A stretch of 63,808 nucleotides of DNA, counting the filler, from Phoronis australis (Eukaryota > Animalia > Phoronida), in assembly GCA_002633005.1 (NCBI GenBank). It is 15 parts of 15 records of this genome, joined end to end, with 100 filler letters (N's around TTAATTAATTAA, not from the genome) between each part and the next. Parts side by side here need not be neighbours in the genome. Positions count along the whole stretch, not along the records: positions 36,676 to 39,112 come from NMRA01003670.1; positions 39,213 to 44,139 come from NMRA01002457.1; positions 44,240 to 53,279 come from NMRA01000561.1; 12 more parts are not named here. One strand, written 5' to 3'. Below are positions 38,130-50,137 of the stretch, piece after piece. Each line of letters begins with the position of its first letter. Within the stretch, counting starts at the first letter, position 1. A program made the position numbers and the translations under genes. The notes under the pieces are model-generated. The model worked only from the letters and a program-made list of their open reading frames with translations, had not been told where the DNA came from and searched no databases.

Positions 38130-39073
38130 CCACTATTTTAAAATATCAAGTAGCAAAGCATTGGATCAATAAAGGAAATAAAACTTCTTTGGTTCTAAAA
38201 ATAGTGGAATTAGCTAAGTCTACTTACTATTATCATATAAAAAAAGAAAGTCAATTAGATGTAGAAACAGGAAAGAAATCAGGCGCGAAGCCTAAAGGGT
38301 ATTGCTTTAATACTAGTAATGAAAAAGTCTCAGATCAAGAGATAAAAGAGCTTTTAAAGGGGTATGATGAAACTAGGGAGTGTGCCTATGGGTATCGTAA
38401 AAGGGCTTATGCAGTGAGACGAGATAAGGGTATTATTCTTAACCATAAGAAAGCTTATCGACTATGTAAGGAGTTAAATCTTTTAAGACGATACTTCCCT
38501 CAACCTAAAGAACAAAAGATATTAGCAACAAATAAGGTAGTTAAGTCATCAAATAAACTCTGGGAAATTGATGTGAAATATGGATATATCTATGGAATTG
38601 AAAGAACTTTTTATGTATGCGAGATTATAGATGTCTTTGATAGAACTATAATTGATTATCACATAGGGTTTTCTTGTACTGCTGAAGATGTTTGTAACTC
38701 TTTAATAAGAGCTCTAAATAAAAGAGAAGAAATTATAGCTAAAAACCTATATATTAGAAGTGATAATGGAAGTCAATTTACAAGTAAGCTATTCTCAGAA
38801 ACTTGTAAAGCTTTAAGTATAAACCATGAAAGAGTCCCTAATGCTACACCAAATAAGAATGCTCATATAGAAGCTTTCCATAGTATTTTGGAACGAGAAG
38901 TTTTTGGATATAAGTATTTTGAGAGTTTTCAGGAGGCTTATGAAGAGATGCAGGAGTTTATAGAGTTTTACAACACTAAAAGGATCCATGGAAGCCTAAA
39001 ATATATGAACCCTAAAGATTTCTATGAAAAGCATAAAGGAAGAGAATCTGAGGAATTTAGAGTAGCGGCATAG
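38117..39073 (+). CDS. IS3 OrfB DDE integrase domain (-1 frame, fused by frameshift)
   Basis: WEIDVKY, RSDNGSQF and NAHIEAFH carry the DDE triad; YNTKRIHGSL. The frame is open from the slippery site. Confidence 0.93.
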   Translation, partial: KKDVTTILKYQVAKHWINKGNKTSLVLKIVELAKSTYYYHIKKESQLDVETGKKSGAKPKGYCFNTSNEKVSDQEIKELLKGYDETRECAYGYRKRAYAVRRDKGIILNHKKAYRLCKELNLLRRYFPQPKEQKILATNKVVKSSNKLWEIDVKYGYIYGIERTFYVCEIIDVFDRTIIDYHIGFSCTAEDVCNSLIRALNKREEIIAKNLYIRSDNGSQFTSKLFSETCKALSINHERVPNATPNKNAHIEAFHSILEREVFGYKYFESFQEAYEEMQEFIEFYNTKRIHGSLKYMNPKDFYEKHKGRESEEFRVAA

Positions 39074-40540
39074 TACGCGCAAAATAAGGAAATAAGTCCA
39101 AGAATTAGGGGGNNNNNNNNNNNNNNNNNNNNNNNNNNNNNNNNNNNNNNNNNNNNTTAATTAATTAANNNNNNNNNNNNNNNNNNNNNNNNNNNNNNNN
39201 NNNNNNNNNNNNGCAGTGATGTGATGTAAAGCCCCAGTGTACAGTGGCACTTTAAATCTCTCTCTCCATGACATGTGAAGTGTGCATGGCTCTCAACAGT
39301 TGTCCAGCTCAACTTTGATCACACTCTTGTGACAAACCACATTAGTGAAGTTGTTCAGTTCCTTGTAGCAGTTTGTGCATTTTTTACCCTGAGCTCCAGG
39401 AAATCGGGTATCAAAACCCTTAGGCTGCAGTCCTTCATCAGCTGTGGGCTGATCTGTTGTTAGAGTTTACAGGCTTGCCTAAGATCTGATCTTATCTGAC
39501 CATAAATGTTGCTAAACAACTTAGGTCTAATTTAAACCTGAAGTTTTGTCAAAAAATCATGACATTTTTCAACAAGAAAATTTTACACGGTTGTGTTTCA
39601 GAACTGAAATCCTAACTAGCAGCATGTTACACACTTTGACTTGCTGACGGCTGATTATGTTTTCACCCCATGTAGTTTGTAGATCTCCCTAATACTGTAA
39701 CAATAGACGGGTTCATTGGGTAGTGGGAACATGTATGGCTTGTGAGTAAGTGTTGAGGTAACCGGCTGTAACTGTTACCTCACCATGGTCCTTCTATCAG
39801 GAACAGGCTATGAGTATATAATGAACATGCATTGTGTAGTGGGGATGGGTATGGCTTGTCCGTAAGTCTTGAGGTAATAGATTGTAACTGTTACCTCATC
39901 GTGGTCTTTCATTCGCAATTAGGTTATGAATATATGATGCATTGTGTAATTTTCTGAGCAATAATTGCTATGAATGTTTTTAATTAGTATTTCCTTTATT
40001 GATGTTGGGAATGAAAATGTGAACCTTGAAAAATTGAATTACAATTATAGTGGTAGTTTGAGTTTGATGACAATTAAGAGTTAAAACTAATGTTTGAAGT
40101 GCATGCATTAAAGCATGCGAGGAAAGGTCCACTTACAATCAGTTTGCACTGTAAAAGCCTGCTCCATTGCTGTACCTGGCGCTTTGCATTGTGGGTAACT
40201 TCCCATAAGATGTGCATCTATGTAATGGTATAATCAGTATGTCTGAAAAGTGAAATTTTATGTTTTCAGTTTTGTAATAAAAGATAAGTTAAACAAACTA
40301 AGTGCTATAGATAGTATGCCACATAACCTTAACATATTTCTGAAAAATTGTGGACATTCAAAACAATGTTAGAAGCCTTGGAAAAAGGAAAAACGACCAA
40401 TTTTGGCAGTTATTTTTGTCTGACATTGGCAAAATTTTGTAGTACTTTTGTTTCTTACATCAAAATAAATGATTAGCAGGTAATGAGTAAAGTTTCACAG
40501 AATGTTAGAATAATGGTTGTCATTGTTTCCTGTTGGTCAG

Positions 40541-40733
40541 AGCCTGTCTGGTCGCCAGTATCCGGTCATCTGGAGCGTCTCAGAGCACCATCAAGTTGGT
40601 GGCGACCAACCTGATTGCCAGCAGTAAGCTATCGGAAGGTGTACAGTTGTTGTGTCTTATTGACAAAGGTCTGGATGCTTGTCGCTATCTGCAGACCTAT
40701 GGCATGTGGTACAAGGCGGCCTGGTTAGCTAAG
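40541..40733 (+). CDS. WDR11: WD repeat-containing protein 11 exon
   Basis: ACLVASIRSSGASQSTIKLVATNLIA...EGVQLLCLIDKGLDACRYLQTYG.W..AAWLAK. Confidence 0.93.
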
Positions 40734-41119
40734 GTATGTTGTGAATAATGTCTCTTATGAGTTGCTAGAGGCATTCTAGAGAAACTGTCTGGTGGTCTGA
40801 CTCATCAACAGTGTCAGGATCCGAGACAATGAGAAATTGGCCAATTGAGTGACATCCTTTTTTCAATTTCATGCGTTGTGACTAGGTCAATTTCTTGTCA
40901 AATCATGAGTAAAGTTTGTTTGTATCGGCCATTTGATTTACAAGTTTTGCTTAGAGTTCTCTATTCCAACAACTTATAATTGAGCTACTGGAGATGGTTC
41001 ATCCTTATTGACATTAAGTATGTAGTTTACATGTAGTGATTTGTGGCATGCAGCTAAAGGTGTATGTGTTATCACTGTATGTTGTCCATGTTGTGGTGTG
41101 TCATGCTAAGCTATAACTT

Positions 41120-41548
41120 ATGTGTAATGGACAGGGTGCAGCCTGGCAGTGAGTGAAATGGACAGGGTGCAGTCCTGCAGTGTGTGTAGTGGACAGGGTG
41201 CAGCCTGGCAGCGTATGTATGTAATGGACAGGATGCAGCCTGGCAGTGTATGTATTTAATGGACAGGATGCAGCCTGGCAGTGTATGTATTTAATGGACA
41301 GGGTGCAGCCTGGCAGTGTGTGTAATGGACAGGATGCAGCCTGGCAGTGTGTGTAATGGACAGGGTGCAACTTGGCAGTAGGTGTGTGTAATAGACAGGG
41401 TGCAGCTTGGCAGTAGGTGTGTGTAATAGACAGGGTGCAGCCTGGCAGTGTGTGTAATAGACAGGGTGCAGCCTGGCAGTGTGTGTAATGGACAGGGTGC
41501 ATCCTGGCAGTGTGTGTAATAGACAGGGTGCAGCCTAGCAGTGTGTGA
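41120..41548 (+). repeat. Intronic minisatellite, ~31-35 bp unit
   Basis: About 13 copies of tgtgtaatggacagggtgcagcctggcag. Confidence 0.95.
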
Positions 41549-42169
41549 AATGAAGAGTATTATAAAGCAAATGGAGGTGTGTTCTGATTGACTGTTGTCA
41601 CTAGAAGTCACTCATGAAAATTTTCCTCCCTAAAAGGTCACCGTATGATCAGTGTAGTGTGCATTCATATTGCAATGTGGCAGAGAATTATTGAAAATAA
41701 TTAAAACTGTGGTGGTAGAATAATGCTGGCAGACAACATACTGAATAGGGTTATGAAGGTAGCCAGTTAGTGTTATTGTAGGAATTAAATTCTTGATAAT
41801 TACAATTATTTTATTTTCATTCACCCACACACGTATGCTTTGATGCACAATTACTGTTACATGTTTTTGGTGTTCATATATTGAACTGAAGATTGATCAT
41901 TTCTCTCAAAAGAATGATCAGTAACACTCGACGCTGATACAACCTTTGAAATGTGAACCTTTACTTGGAATAGTGAACACTTATTCTAATGAGATATTAA
42001 AAGGATTTCACTTGAAATCACTGGAGTCCCATAAACACAGTAGTAACAAAGTTTGTGAATTGAGAGCTAAAATTATTTAGCAGGATGATTTCTAGTGTTG
42101 GAAGTCAATTCTGTGAGCGAAGTTGTAGAGCTATTTCCGTAGTGACCAAAGTTTGTCTATCTGTTGCAG

Positions 42170-42250
42170 GCATCCCTTAGTTACTCAGAGTGCTCAGAGG
42201 TTATGAAACGTTGGGTGGATCATCTGTGCACGCCAAATGTCAACCAGAAG
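42170..42250 (+). CDS. WDR11: WDR11 exon
   Basis: ASLSYSECSEVMKRWVDHLCTPNVNQK; ttgcag| and AAG|gtatgg. Confidence 0.93.
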
Positions 42251-42776
42251 GTATGGACCCTTGCATGGGTAACAGTGGTGTATGTGTTATTGTTACTGGC
42301 AATTCATTCATCTTCAAGTAAAACTGTTGCCATAACAAATGGTACACTTACAGGCATCGATGGGTTAATCTCGTTATATGTACAAAATAGCATAAGTTTA
42401 AAAATCCTTGTCAGGCGCCCAAAGTACAACTGTGCTGTAAAAGGGAATGATATTAGCTGATTAGTTAATTGTTCAGTTTACAGGCAATTACAAATTGATA
42501 TTGCGGAGATACTGGCAGATGAGGTAACCTTTGCTGGTAATTCATTCCTGTAAGAATGTGTAGTTTTTAATTAACATTTACGTTTAAGTGACAGGCTCTA
42601 AGTCATGGTAACCAATGAGAATGGAAAAACTGTTGTGGGATCGGTTATAAATGTAACTTTCAAATTTTTGAATGGGAGGCATTCCTCTGAAATAAACAGG
42701 ATTGTTTCTCCTCCCCCTGTTGTTTGCTGTACAGTAGATAAACACGTCGTCATTCTGGGGCCTCTTGTTATTTCAG

Positions 42777-42921
42777 AGTAAAGCTGTGCTGATCCTGTTG
42801 TCTCTGGGTCAGTTCTACAAAGTGGTCGAGATGCTGTATGGAATGCATCAGTTTGACAGAGCAGCACTCTTCTTAGAGTCTTGTCTAGAGTTCAAACTTA
42901 TACAGAGAACAGACGAGTCTT
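42777..42921 (+). CDS. WDR11: WDR11 exon ending at a U12-type donor
   Basis: SKAVLILLSLGQFYKVVEMLYGMHQFDRAALFLESCLEF...; followed by GTATCCTTT. Confidence 0.9.
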
Positions 42922-44239
42922 GTATCCTTTAGTCGTTCACTTTTTCCTGTTTTCACACCATAGAAATTTAATTTGCATCTCAGCGTCATATCATGAAACA
43001 CGGCAGATGTGCCTCTGTACTACCTAAAATTGAGTCCAGTGAGTAAGTGCTAAGATTTTTTTTTGCTATGCAGAATGTCTTACTAACTGAGTTAAAACAT
43101 GTATAACACTGTTTCCATTTGACAATAAGTGCTAAGGACCAATGTTTGATTTAGATAAACTGAACCTTTGTCTACCTTGCATGACAGACCTTAGTAATCT
43201 CTGACATTAATTGGTCTAGTAATGCAGAATAAAGAAGATTGAAATTGTATAAAGGCCAAGTGACGACAGTTTTGATGCTTTGTGCAACACGATAAATCAT
43301 TTTGGTTTGGATGTTATATTATATATCTTGCTAAAAATGTTTGAGATCCGTGTTTGACAAGTAAAACAACATCATAATTGTCATTATCACTGGATGTCCT
43401 CTATGCTGTGCAAAACACTTTCAAATCCTTTTTTACAATGTTTTTCAGACAATCTGTTGAAGTGAGGAAATGATCAAGATAACTGGTGACATTGACAATT
43501 AATTATTTTGCTCAAGATCAAAGCTTGCACCAAATTTTAGAACTAGGAAATACTGGCCGTTCCAAGTTTAAGAATTACTATCCATGACAAAACATCCTTC
43601 ACCTCGATGGTACATACTATAGATATGCATGAAAAGGAAACTGCCAAGTCTATTTTCAGTTGGTAAAAAACGCTGTGTCCGATATTTGAGAAATATAATG
43701 GTTGCCAAAATTGCCCATGTCCCAATTTTTACAATAAAAAAATCAATTTTGACTTGATTTTGAATGTTCCAAGTTGTAGAGACTGGAGATTTTACCGATA
43801 TATATGTTTTAAAGAAATGCTCATCAACACTTTATTACGTAGGTTGCTGGCTGTCTGTTGCTATCTTTAAATTACAACAGTGCTAATTAACACTTGATCA
43901 CGTAAGTTGCTGCTTGTCACTTTAAAACATATTGCTTCGTTGGACTGCAGCCAACAGCTAAATATGGATCGTATTTGTGAGAAAACAGCATTTGCTTCTA
44001 ATACACTTTTGTCTGCAGTTTTCTACAATCTGTAGATTTTTCGATATTCTGATTTCTATGAAAGAAGCTTTGAAGGCTAAAGGTATAAAATGTTACTCTG
44101 TGGATTGTGACAAAACTGCCACAGACTGTGAAACAACCANNNNNNNNNNNNNNNNNNNNNNNNNNNNNNNNNNNNNNNNNNNNTTAATTAATTAANNNNN
44201 NNNNNNNNNNNNNNNNNNNNNNNNNNNNNNNNNNNNNNN

Positions 44240-45508
44240 AGACTCGCTGTATTGGGGATGGATGCTGGCAGGTGGAAAATTCATTCCCACGACGACGGAC
44301 CATTCAGCAGCACCAGAGAACCTGCTGAAAGTAGTGAGATGCTCGTGTAAGACCAACTGCAGTTCCAAGAGATGTACATGCAAGAGGTTAGGATAGTCGT
44401 ACTCAGTTGCATGTGGAGAATGCCGTGGTTTTAGCTGCAGCAATTCATTCTGAGTTGACAGAGATTAGTTGTGTAAATACTGGTTGATTGTGCATAGATT
44501 CACTAGCATTTAGAACTAACTGAAGTGACACAGACAGTGTGGATAGTAGATCACTGAATTAATACAGCACATTTTTTCAGTAGTACAATGATCCTTCAGT
44601 TCAGGCAAACCTGATGTTTTTGACCCAAATACGTTATTCGTTAAACCATCTTGAAAATGGTAGTCGTAATCATCAAGAGCCAGACAAAAAATATTGTAAT
44701 GGATGTGCTGACTTATAAAACTCAGGATATGGCGTGTCTCTGGAATCTGAAGTTCTTACACGAAGCCACTATTTGGTGGCCATCTTAGAAAATAGTGGAA
44801 GTAATCATTAGAGCCAAACTCAATGAGTCTATATGGATTAGTCGACCCAGAAAACCTTTGATACTTGAAGCAAGACGACACACTAATCTGTTTGTGCGAA
44901 GTTGTGCGATTCGAAATAGTTTTGAAGGCCATCTTGGAAAATGGCTGATGGTGTCACCATGGCCATGCAAAACCTTTCCAATGTATTTGTTGACCCACAA
45001 AAGATAGGAAAACATTTTTGAATTTTTACTCTATCACATTCCACTCTCGAGTTATAATGATCCTCTGCAAATCTGGCGGCCATTTTGTCGGCCATCTTGG
45101 AAATGGTGGAAGTAATCATTAGTGCCAAATGCAATGAGTCTCAATGGATTAGTCGACCCAGAAAACCTGTAATGCGATGTTTGAAGCAAGACGACACACT
45201 AATCTGTTCGTGTGAAGTTTTGCGCTTCAAGTAGATTTGGCGGCCATCTTGGAAAATGGCGGACGGTGTCACCACAGCCATGCAAAACCATTTCCAATGG
45301 ATTTTTTGACCACCAAAACATAGGTAAATCTTTTTGAATTTTTACTCTAGCACATTTCACATTGTCCGCCATCTTGAAAAACCAACTTCCGCCACTCCGA
45401 TTCCGGTAGACTTTTTTTTTCCCACTAAGGGGTATGAAAGGATATGATTTATGCAATAAAACCTTCTGTTGCAATTTTTTCCGGGTTATCCGTAGAATGA
45501 CTGGACTA
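44240..45508 (+). mobile_element. Academ-like DNA transposon 3' end with decayed Cys-rich ORF tail
   Basis: 44241-44453 reads WGW...APENLLKVVRCSCKTNCSSKRCTCKRLG*SYSVACGECRGFSCSN (Cys8 finger with an in-frame stop); subterminal gccatcttggaaaatgg repeats; terminus GACTGGACTA. Confidence 0.7.
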
Positions 45509-45694
45509 AGAGTCTTCTAGAAAGTTCCACACAATACTGCAGTAAACAAATTACATCACTCGCTGTACTTAACTCAGGGGTCATGCCAATCAAACAGAAT
45601 AACAAAACAAAACAGTACAACTAAAAATACTGTCGGACTATATTCTGACAAAGTTTGATACAAATAACTCACAAGACAGCCATTATAGAATATA

Positions 45695-46230
45695 CAGTGC
45701 TCAAAAAGTATTGTATATTTTGTTACACAACTCCATAGTTTTCACGTTAAAAAACTAAACCTTAATTTCATTCCTGGATTTTATAATAAACAATATTTAT
45801 CTGATAGAATGGGGGTAATAATGCACTTCCTGTGATGAGAGATGAATGGATTGTAAGACTTTGAACGAGGTAACCTCATAGCAATAAAAAGTACAATTTC
45901 ACGAGATTCATCTGTAAAGAGCACAGAATTCGACGGCTATCTGGTCCAACGCTGACACTTAGTGCACCATCTGCGTCTGCGCTTCTTGTATTCATCAGAC
46001 ATTGCTGGGACCTTTCCCGATTAGCACGCCTTAATACAAGCGCTCTGCACTCTGTTACGTACGGTCTGATCTGAAATTTGCTGACCTCTATCAACATGGG
46101 GTTGTGACTGAATCTGCTTAGCCGTAACAACTCGTCTTCTGGGTGCAATGACACGAATTCGTCTATCAGAGACTTGATCAGTAACTTTTGGTCTGTACCT
46201 GCTCTTACACTTCTCTCTTGTAGGTTCACA
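45695..46230 (-). pseudogene. Decayed Tc1/mariner element
   Basis: TA-CAGTG terminus at 45695; minus-strand fragments SDQTVRNRV and SVLFTDESR (Tc1 motifs) interrupted by stops or frameshifts. Confidence 0.7.
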
Positions 46231-46252
46231 ATTCTACAGTGCTGATGGTACT

Positions 46253-46663
46253 CAGGGCCCGGTCTCTAATCTTTGTACTCGAAACGAACTCGAAACTATT
46301 TTTGGCAATTTCTCTGCTCCTTTTGTGCGAACTTAAGATAATTGGTTATCAGACTGTGCTCGAATACATTATAGTTTATGCATAGCCGGGAGTTTCTAGT
46401 TCAAGTTTGCCCTTGAAGACCCTTATATTTGTGCTACAAACTCGAGTAAAAACTCGAAATTTCGAGTTCAAACTCGAACTTATTGCTTTAATATTGGGTT
46501 TACAAACTGTGAACTAAGGGCAATAAATTATCTACGTAAGTTATTGTGTACTCGAGCATAGAATAATAGACACTTATCTTGATTTCGCCCAAAAGTAGAG
46601 TAGAAAATGCCAAACCTAATTTCGAGTTCCATTTCGAGTAAAAAGATTGGAGACCGGGCCCTG
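46253..46663. mobile_element. MITE with ~43-bp TIRs (PIF/Harbinger-like GGGCCC ends)
   Basis: cagggcccggtctctaatctttgtactcgaaacgaactcgaaa ... tttcgagttccatttcgagtaaaaagattggagaccgggccctg; partial second copy at about 27060-27336. Confidence 0.85.
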
Positions 46664-46769
46664 GTTCATTCCTAGAGTCTGCGCAACCTCGTTTTGCGTA
46701 TTTCCAGCTTCTAACACACCACGTTGAACAAGAGTCAATGAGCGAACCATGTTGTTGGTCAATAATATA

Positions 46770-47283
46770 CAGTGACCATCGTCTAGCTGGCTCAGTAGAG
46801 ACGGTGTAGCTCCTATACGCGCTTCATACGCCGGAAGCTTTTCGGCAAATTATGCCTCACACCGACTAAAACATCGCACTCGCTTTGCTATAAATATCTT
46901 ATGCGCATAGCGGGACACCTCAGGAGGCTGTCGATGTCCAATTTCTTCCAACTCGAGCAATCTTTCGTTCAGTTCCCAAAATCGGTAACTGGCCATTTTT
47001 ACACTGCGCACGCCAGGGGATATGACGTCATATCACAATGACCAGTTACCGATTTTGGTAACTGAACGAAGGACTGCTCGATGAAAAAGTTTGATAACGA
47101 GAGTATTTGTAGGAGTTGGAAAGAATTAACAAACATTTATGACCTCCTAAGGTGTCTCTATGCGCATAAGGTATCTATAAGAACGTGACTTAATTTGATG
47201 TTTTGAGTCGGCGTGAGGCCGAAAAGCCGCTTCGGCAAGAGCTACAGCGTCTCTACTGAGCCAGCTAGAGACGGTAGTCACTG
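46770..47283. mobile_element. Foldback MITE, palindromic over its whole length
   Basis: Arms of about 225-245 bp (cagtgac...ctagctggctcagtagagacg / cgtctctactgagccagctag...gtcactg) around a central gatatgacgtcatatc palindrome. Confidence 0.85.
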
Positions 47284-50137
47284 TCTAGCTTAGTACAAAC
47301 TACACTAAACTCTGTTCAAAACTGACAACTTTGACACCTAGCACCCTTGGTGGTATCTTAATCCATTCATAGCATCTATCCGCCATGATGGAGCTGGATA
47401 CATGCTGTGAATGGTGAATAGACATTTTCTCATATTAATGAGCACACACACAGTACACCGGAATAGACATTAGTCTTACATAGGAGCTTTGCAGAGGTTC
47501 CAAATTTTATTTGAGTAAGATCGATTGCAAAAATGGCAATTTTTGGTGTTTGACCCCACCACCTTGGATTTGTCACGATTTACACAATTTTCAACGTTAA
47601 ATGGTCCAAACTTTCATCAGTAAAAGACTGTTCTTCGTTATGATACCCTAATTATTTTTGGTTTTTGGAAAATATTTGAATAACTAAATGAATACGCAAT
47701 ATTTTTGAGTAGTTTAGATGTTCAACCATCAACTAGTCACATTCAACACATGTCTAAGCCAGGGCAGCATTTTATTTTTGCGCACAAATGGCGCGTGTGC
47801 AGGCAGGCGAGTTTTATCAAAGAAACAAACTTATGATTTAGACAATTTACCGCTGTAAAATTAATCTCAACTAGATCCCTACTTGGATGCGAAGCGCTTT
47901 CTGAGCTTGAAGAGAATTGGCAGATCATCGTTGTTGCAGTCGATGTTTGGCGCAGTAAAATGATAACCCCCGTGTCAAGCTTGCAAAGAACCGACAGATC
48001 ATTGTTGCTGCAGTCGATGTTTGGCGCAGTAAAATGATAACCCCCGTGTCAAGCTTGCAGTAAAGCCTGGTTTAGTACAACAAGGAACTTCAGTACTTCA
48101 ACCATGAAATTAATTGGTACAATTTTTGACCAATTTCATAATGGAAAGTGGTTGAAATCAAAAGTTGTTTTTTTAGCGACGAAAGGTGGGTTAATAGGCG
48201 CTTTGATTAATTCAAACCAGGTTCATTATTATGCGTTCAAACCCAATATCAACACACGTGAAATGATTCTGGGAATTGGCAGCTTGGTTGCTTTCCACAT
48301 GGATTTTAGCTTTTGGGTACGCCCCCATGAGAGAACGTTGAAAAAAATCCCCAATGAAACAGCAACTGTAAGCAAGAAGGCCACCCATACAGTACAGTAG
48401 CCAGTCTAATGGAACTATAGGCTACTTGCTACCTCAACACTTTCGGAACTAACAAAATATTCACCAAACGTTTTACATTTCTGTGATATACCAAAAATTT
48501 TGGTTTATAGTTAAGACATTAGGGACTTTACCTTGACGAACGATAACGTCCACCAGACTACTTTGTATTTAGAGAAAGAACTGTGCAGATAAATAATACT
48601 GTTCACAATGGATACACCAGTGCAGTATGTTCAATTTCCATCAATTTTTTACTGTAAGCTCTCACATAACATTAAGCCACGTGTCACCTCATTTAATACA
48701 CATATGAAAAGGTGAGATTTTATGATAAAACCTCAATAACAGGTATATACTTACAAATAAGCATGCTTTACATCATCAATACATGAATTGCACACATGTA
48801 ACCCAGATCAATCACAACTGTCACAAGCCACTGCCATGGCAGAGTTCAAATTTGGTTGAAAAACAAGCACCGGAGGTTCTCACACAAGGGGAAAATTTGC
48901 GATCTTTAAGAAACAAGAGGGGACAGACATCAGAAATGTAAAGCCTCCTCATAACTGGGGGAGCCGACCTTCAAGGATTTTGCAAGGTCAATGGACCAAA
49001 TACCGGAGAACTTTGCATCAGACATCATAAACTTGCACATTTTGATATCAAAGGGTTAATGTTTTAGGTCATAAATATATTGTTTTAATGAGCTCACCAA
49101 TGGTCTACAATACACTATTTGTTCGCAAATATCCATATGGGTATCCTGATATCTATTAGTAGAAACACAGTACCAGTAACTTTGGTCTACAATATGTTAT
49201 TTGTTTGCAAAAATCCATATGGATATCCTGATACCTGTTAGGAGAAACAAAGTAGCAGTAACCTATTCCACTAGTTATTCCTAAGAAATTGCACAATCAA
49301 CAAGTTGAACCCACAAAGACTTACAGTAGGTAATATGAAGAATTATGGACCCTGAATTAGAGGTAGATGTCCTACCACGAACAACAAATAATTAAACTTA
49401 CACAATACCATCAAGTGACAGTTTGATTTTTTGCGTGAATAACATAAACTTCATCAAATATATAACACAATAACGCACTATATCACAGTCACAATCACAC
49501 ACCATACATCATTCTGAGCCTTAAGAAAAGTCACCACAAATACATCAGAGGTATTGGTCAAGAACAATTTTGTTATACTTTCGGATTTCTGACGAGCACG
49601 ACTGGTTACAACCCAAAAGACAAAATTGTAAAAAAAAAAACTGTACCAATGTGACAGCCAAATGCCTTGTGAAACACGCTTCTCCATTCTGAAGGCAACT
49701 TTAAGAATGAAGCAAACAGCACCATGCAACTTGAATAATACTAAAACATTAAGCAGCACAATGTTAGGTAATACTAGTTACTTGTCAGAAAAACGTGTCT
49801 TACACCACGAAAACAGTAATTCAACAGGCTGGCAAAGTATCAGTAGTGGCCATTTTGCCAGTGTGTATTACTTGTTAGGTGGCAAATTTATGAAACACTA
49901 GTCAGCTATAACATTAGACTAGCGTGATCCAGTGTGATCTTAAATGCCACAAGAATACAGATTTGGTTGGAAAGAGAGTTTAATATGAACGCCCCACAAA
50001 ATCAGAAAACAAAAACCAATTAAGTGAAATTGCAAATCAAATGTAGGTATAACAGCATAAGTGAATGAGTAAAAGAAATATTTTTTTATGTCTAACCAGT
50101 CATGTTTCAAATTCTAAAAAATCTTATATGCAACAAA

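Larger units (their letters stand above)
37776..39112 (+). mobile_element. IS3-family insertion sequence
   Basis: orfA/orfB pair; imperfect IRs CCCCTTAGTTAGGTTGGACTT / AAGTCCAAGAATTAGGGGG; right end clipped by the contig end. Confidence 0.93.

Noticed and set aside
36676-39112. Bacterium-to-animal horizontal transfer
   Set aside because: The bacterial sequence is bounded by artificial linkers, with no junction to host DNA.
41101-41611. His/Cys/Thr-rich ORFs
   Set aside because: Translations of the WDR11 intronic minisatellite on the opposite strand.
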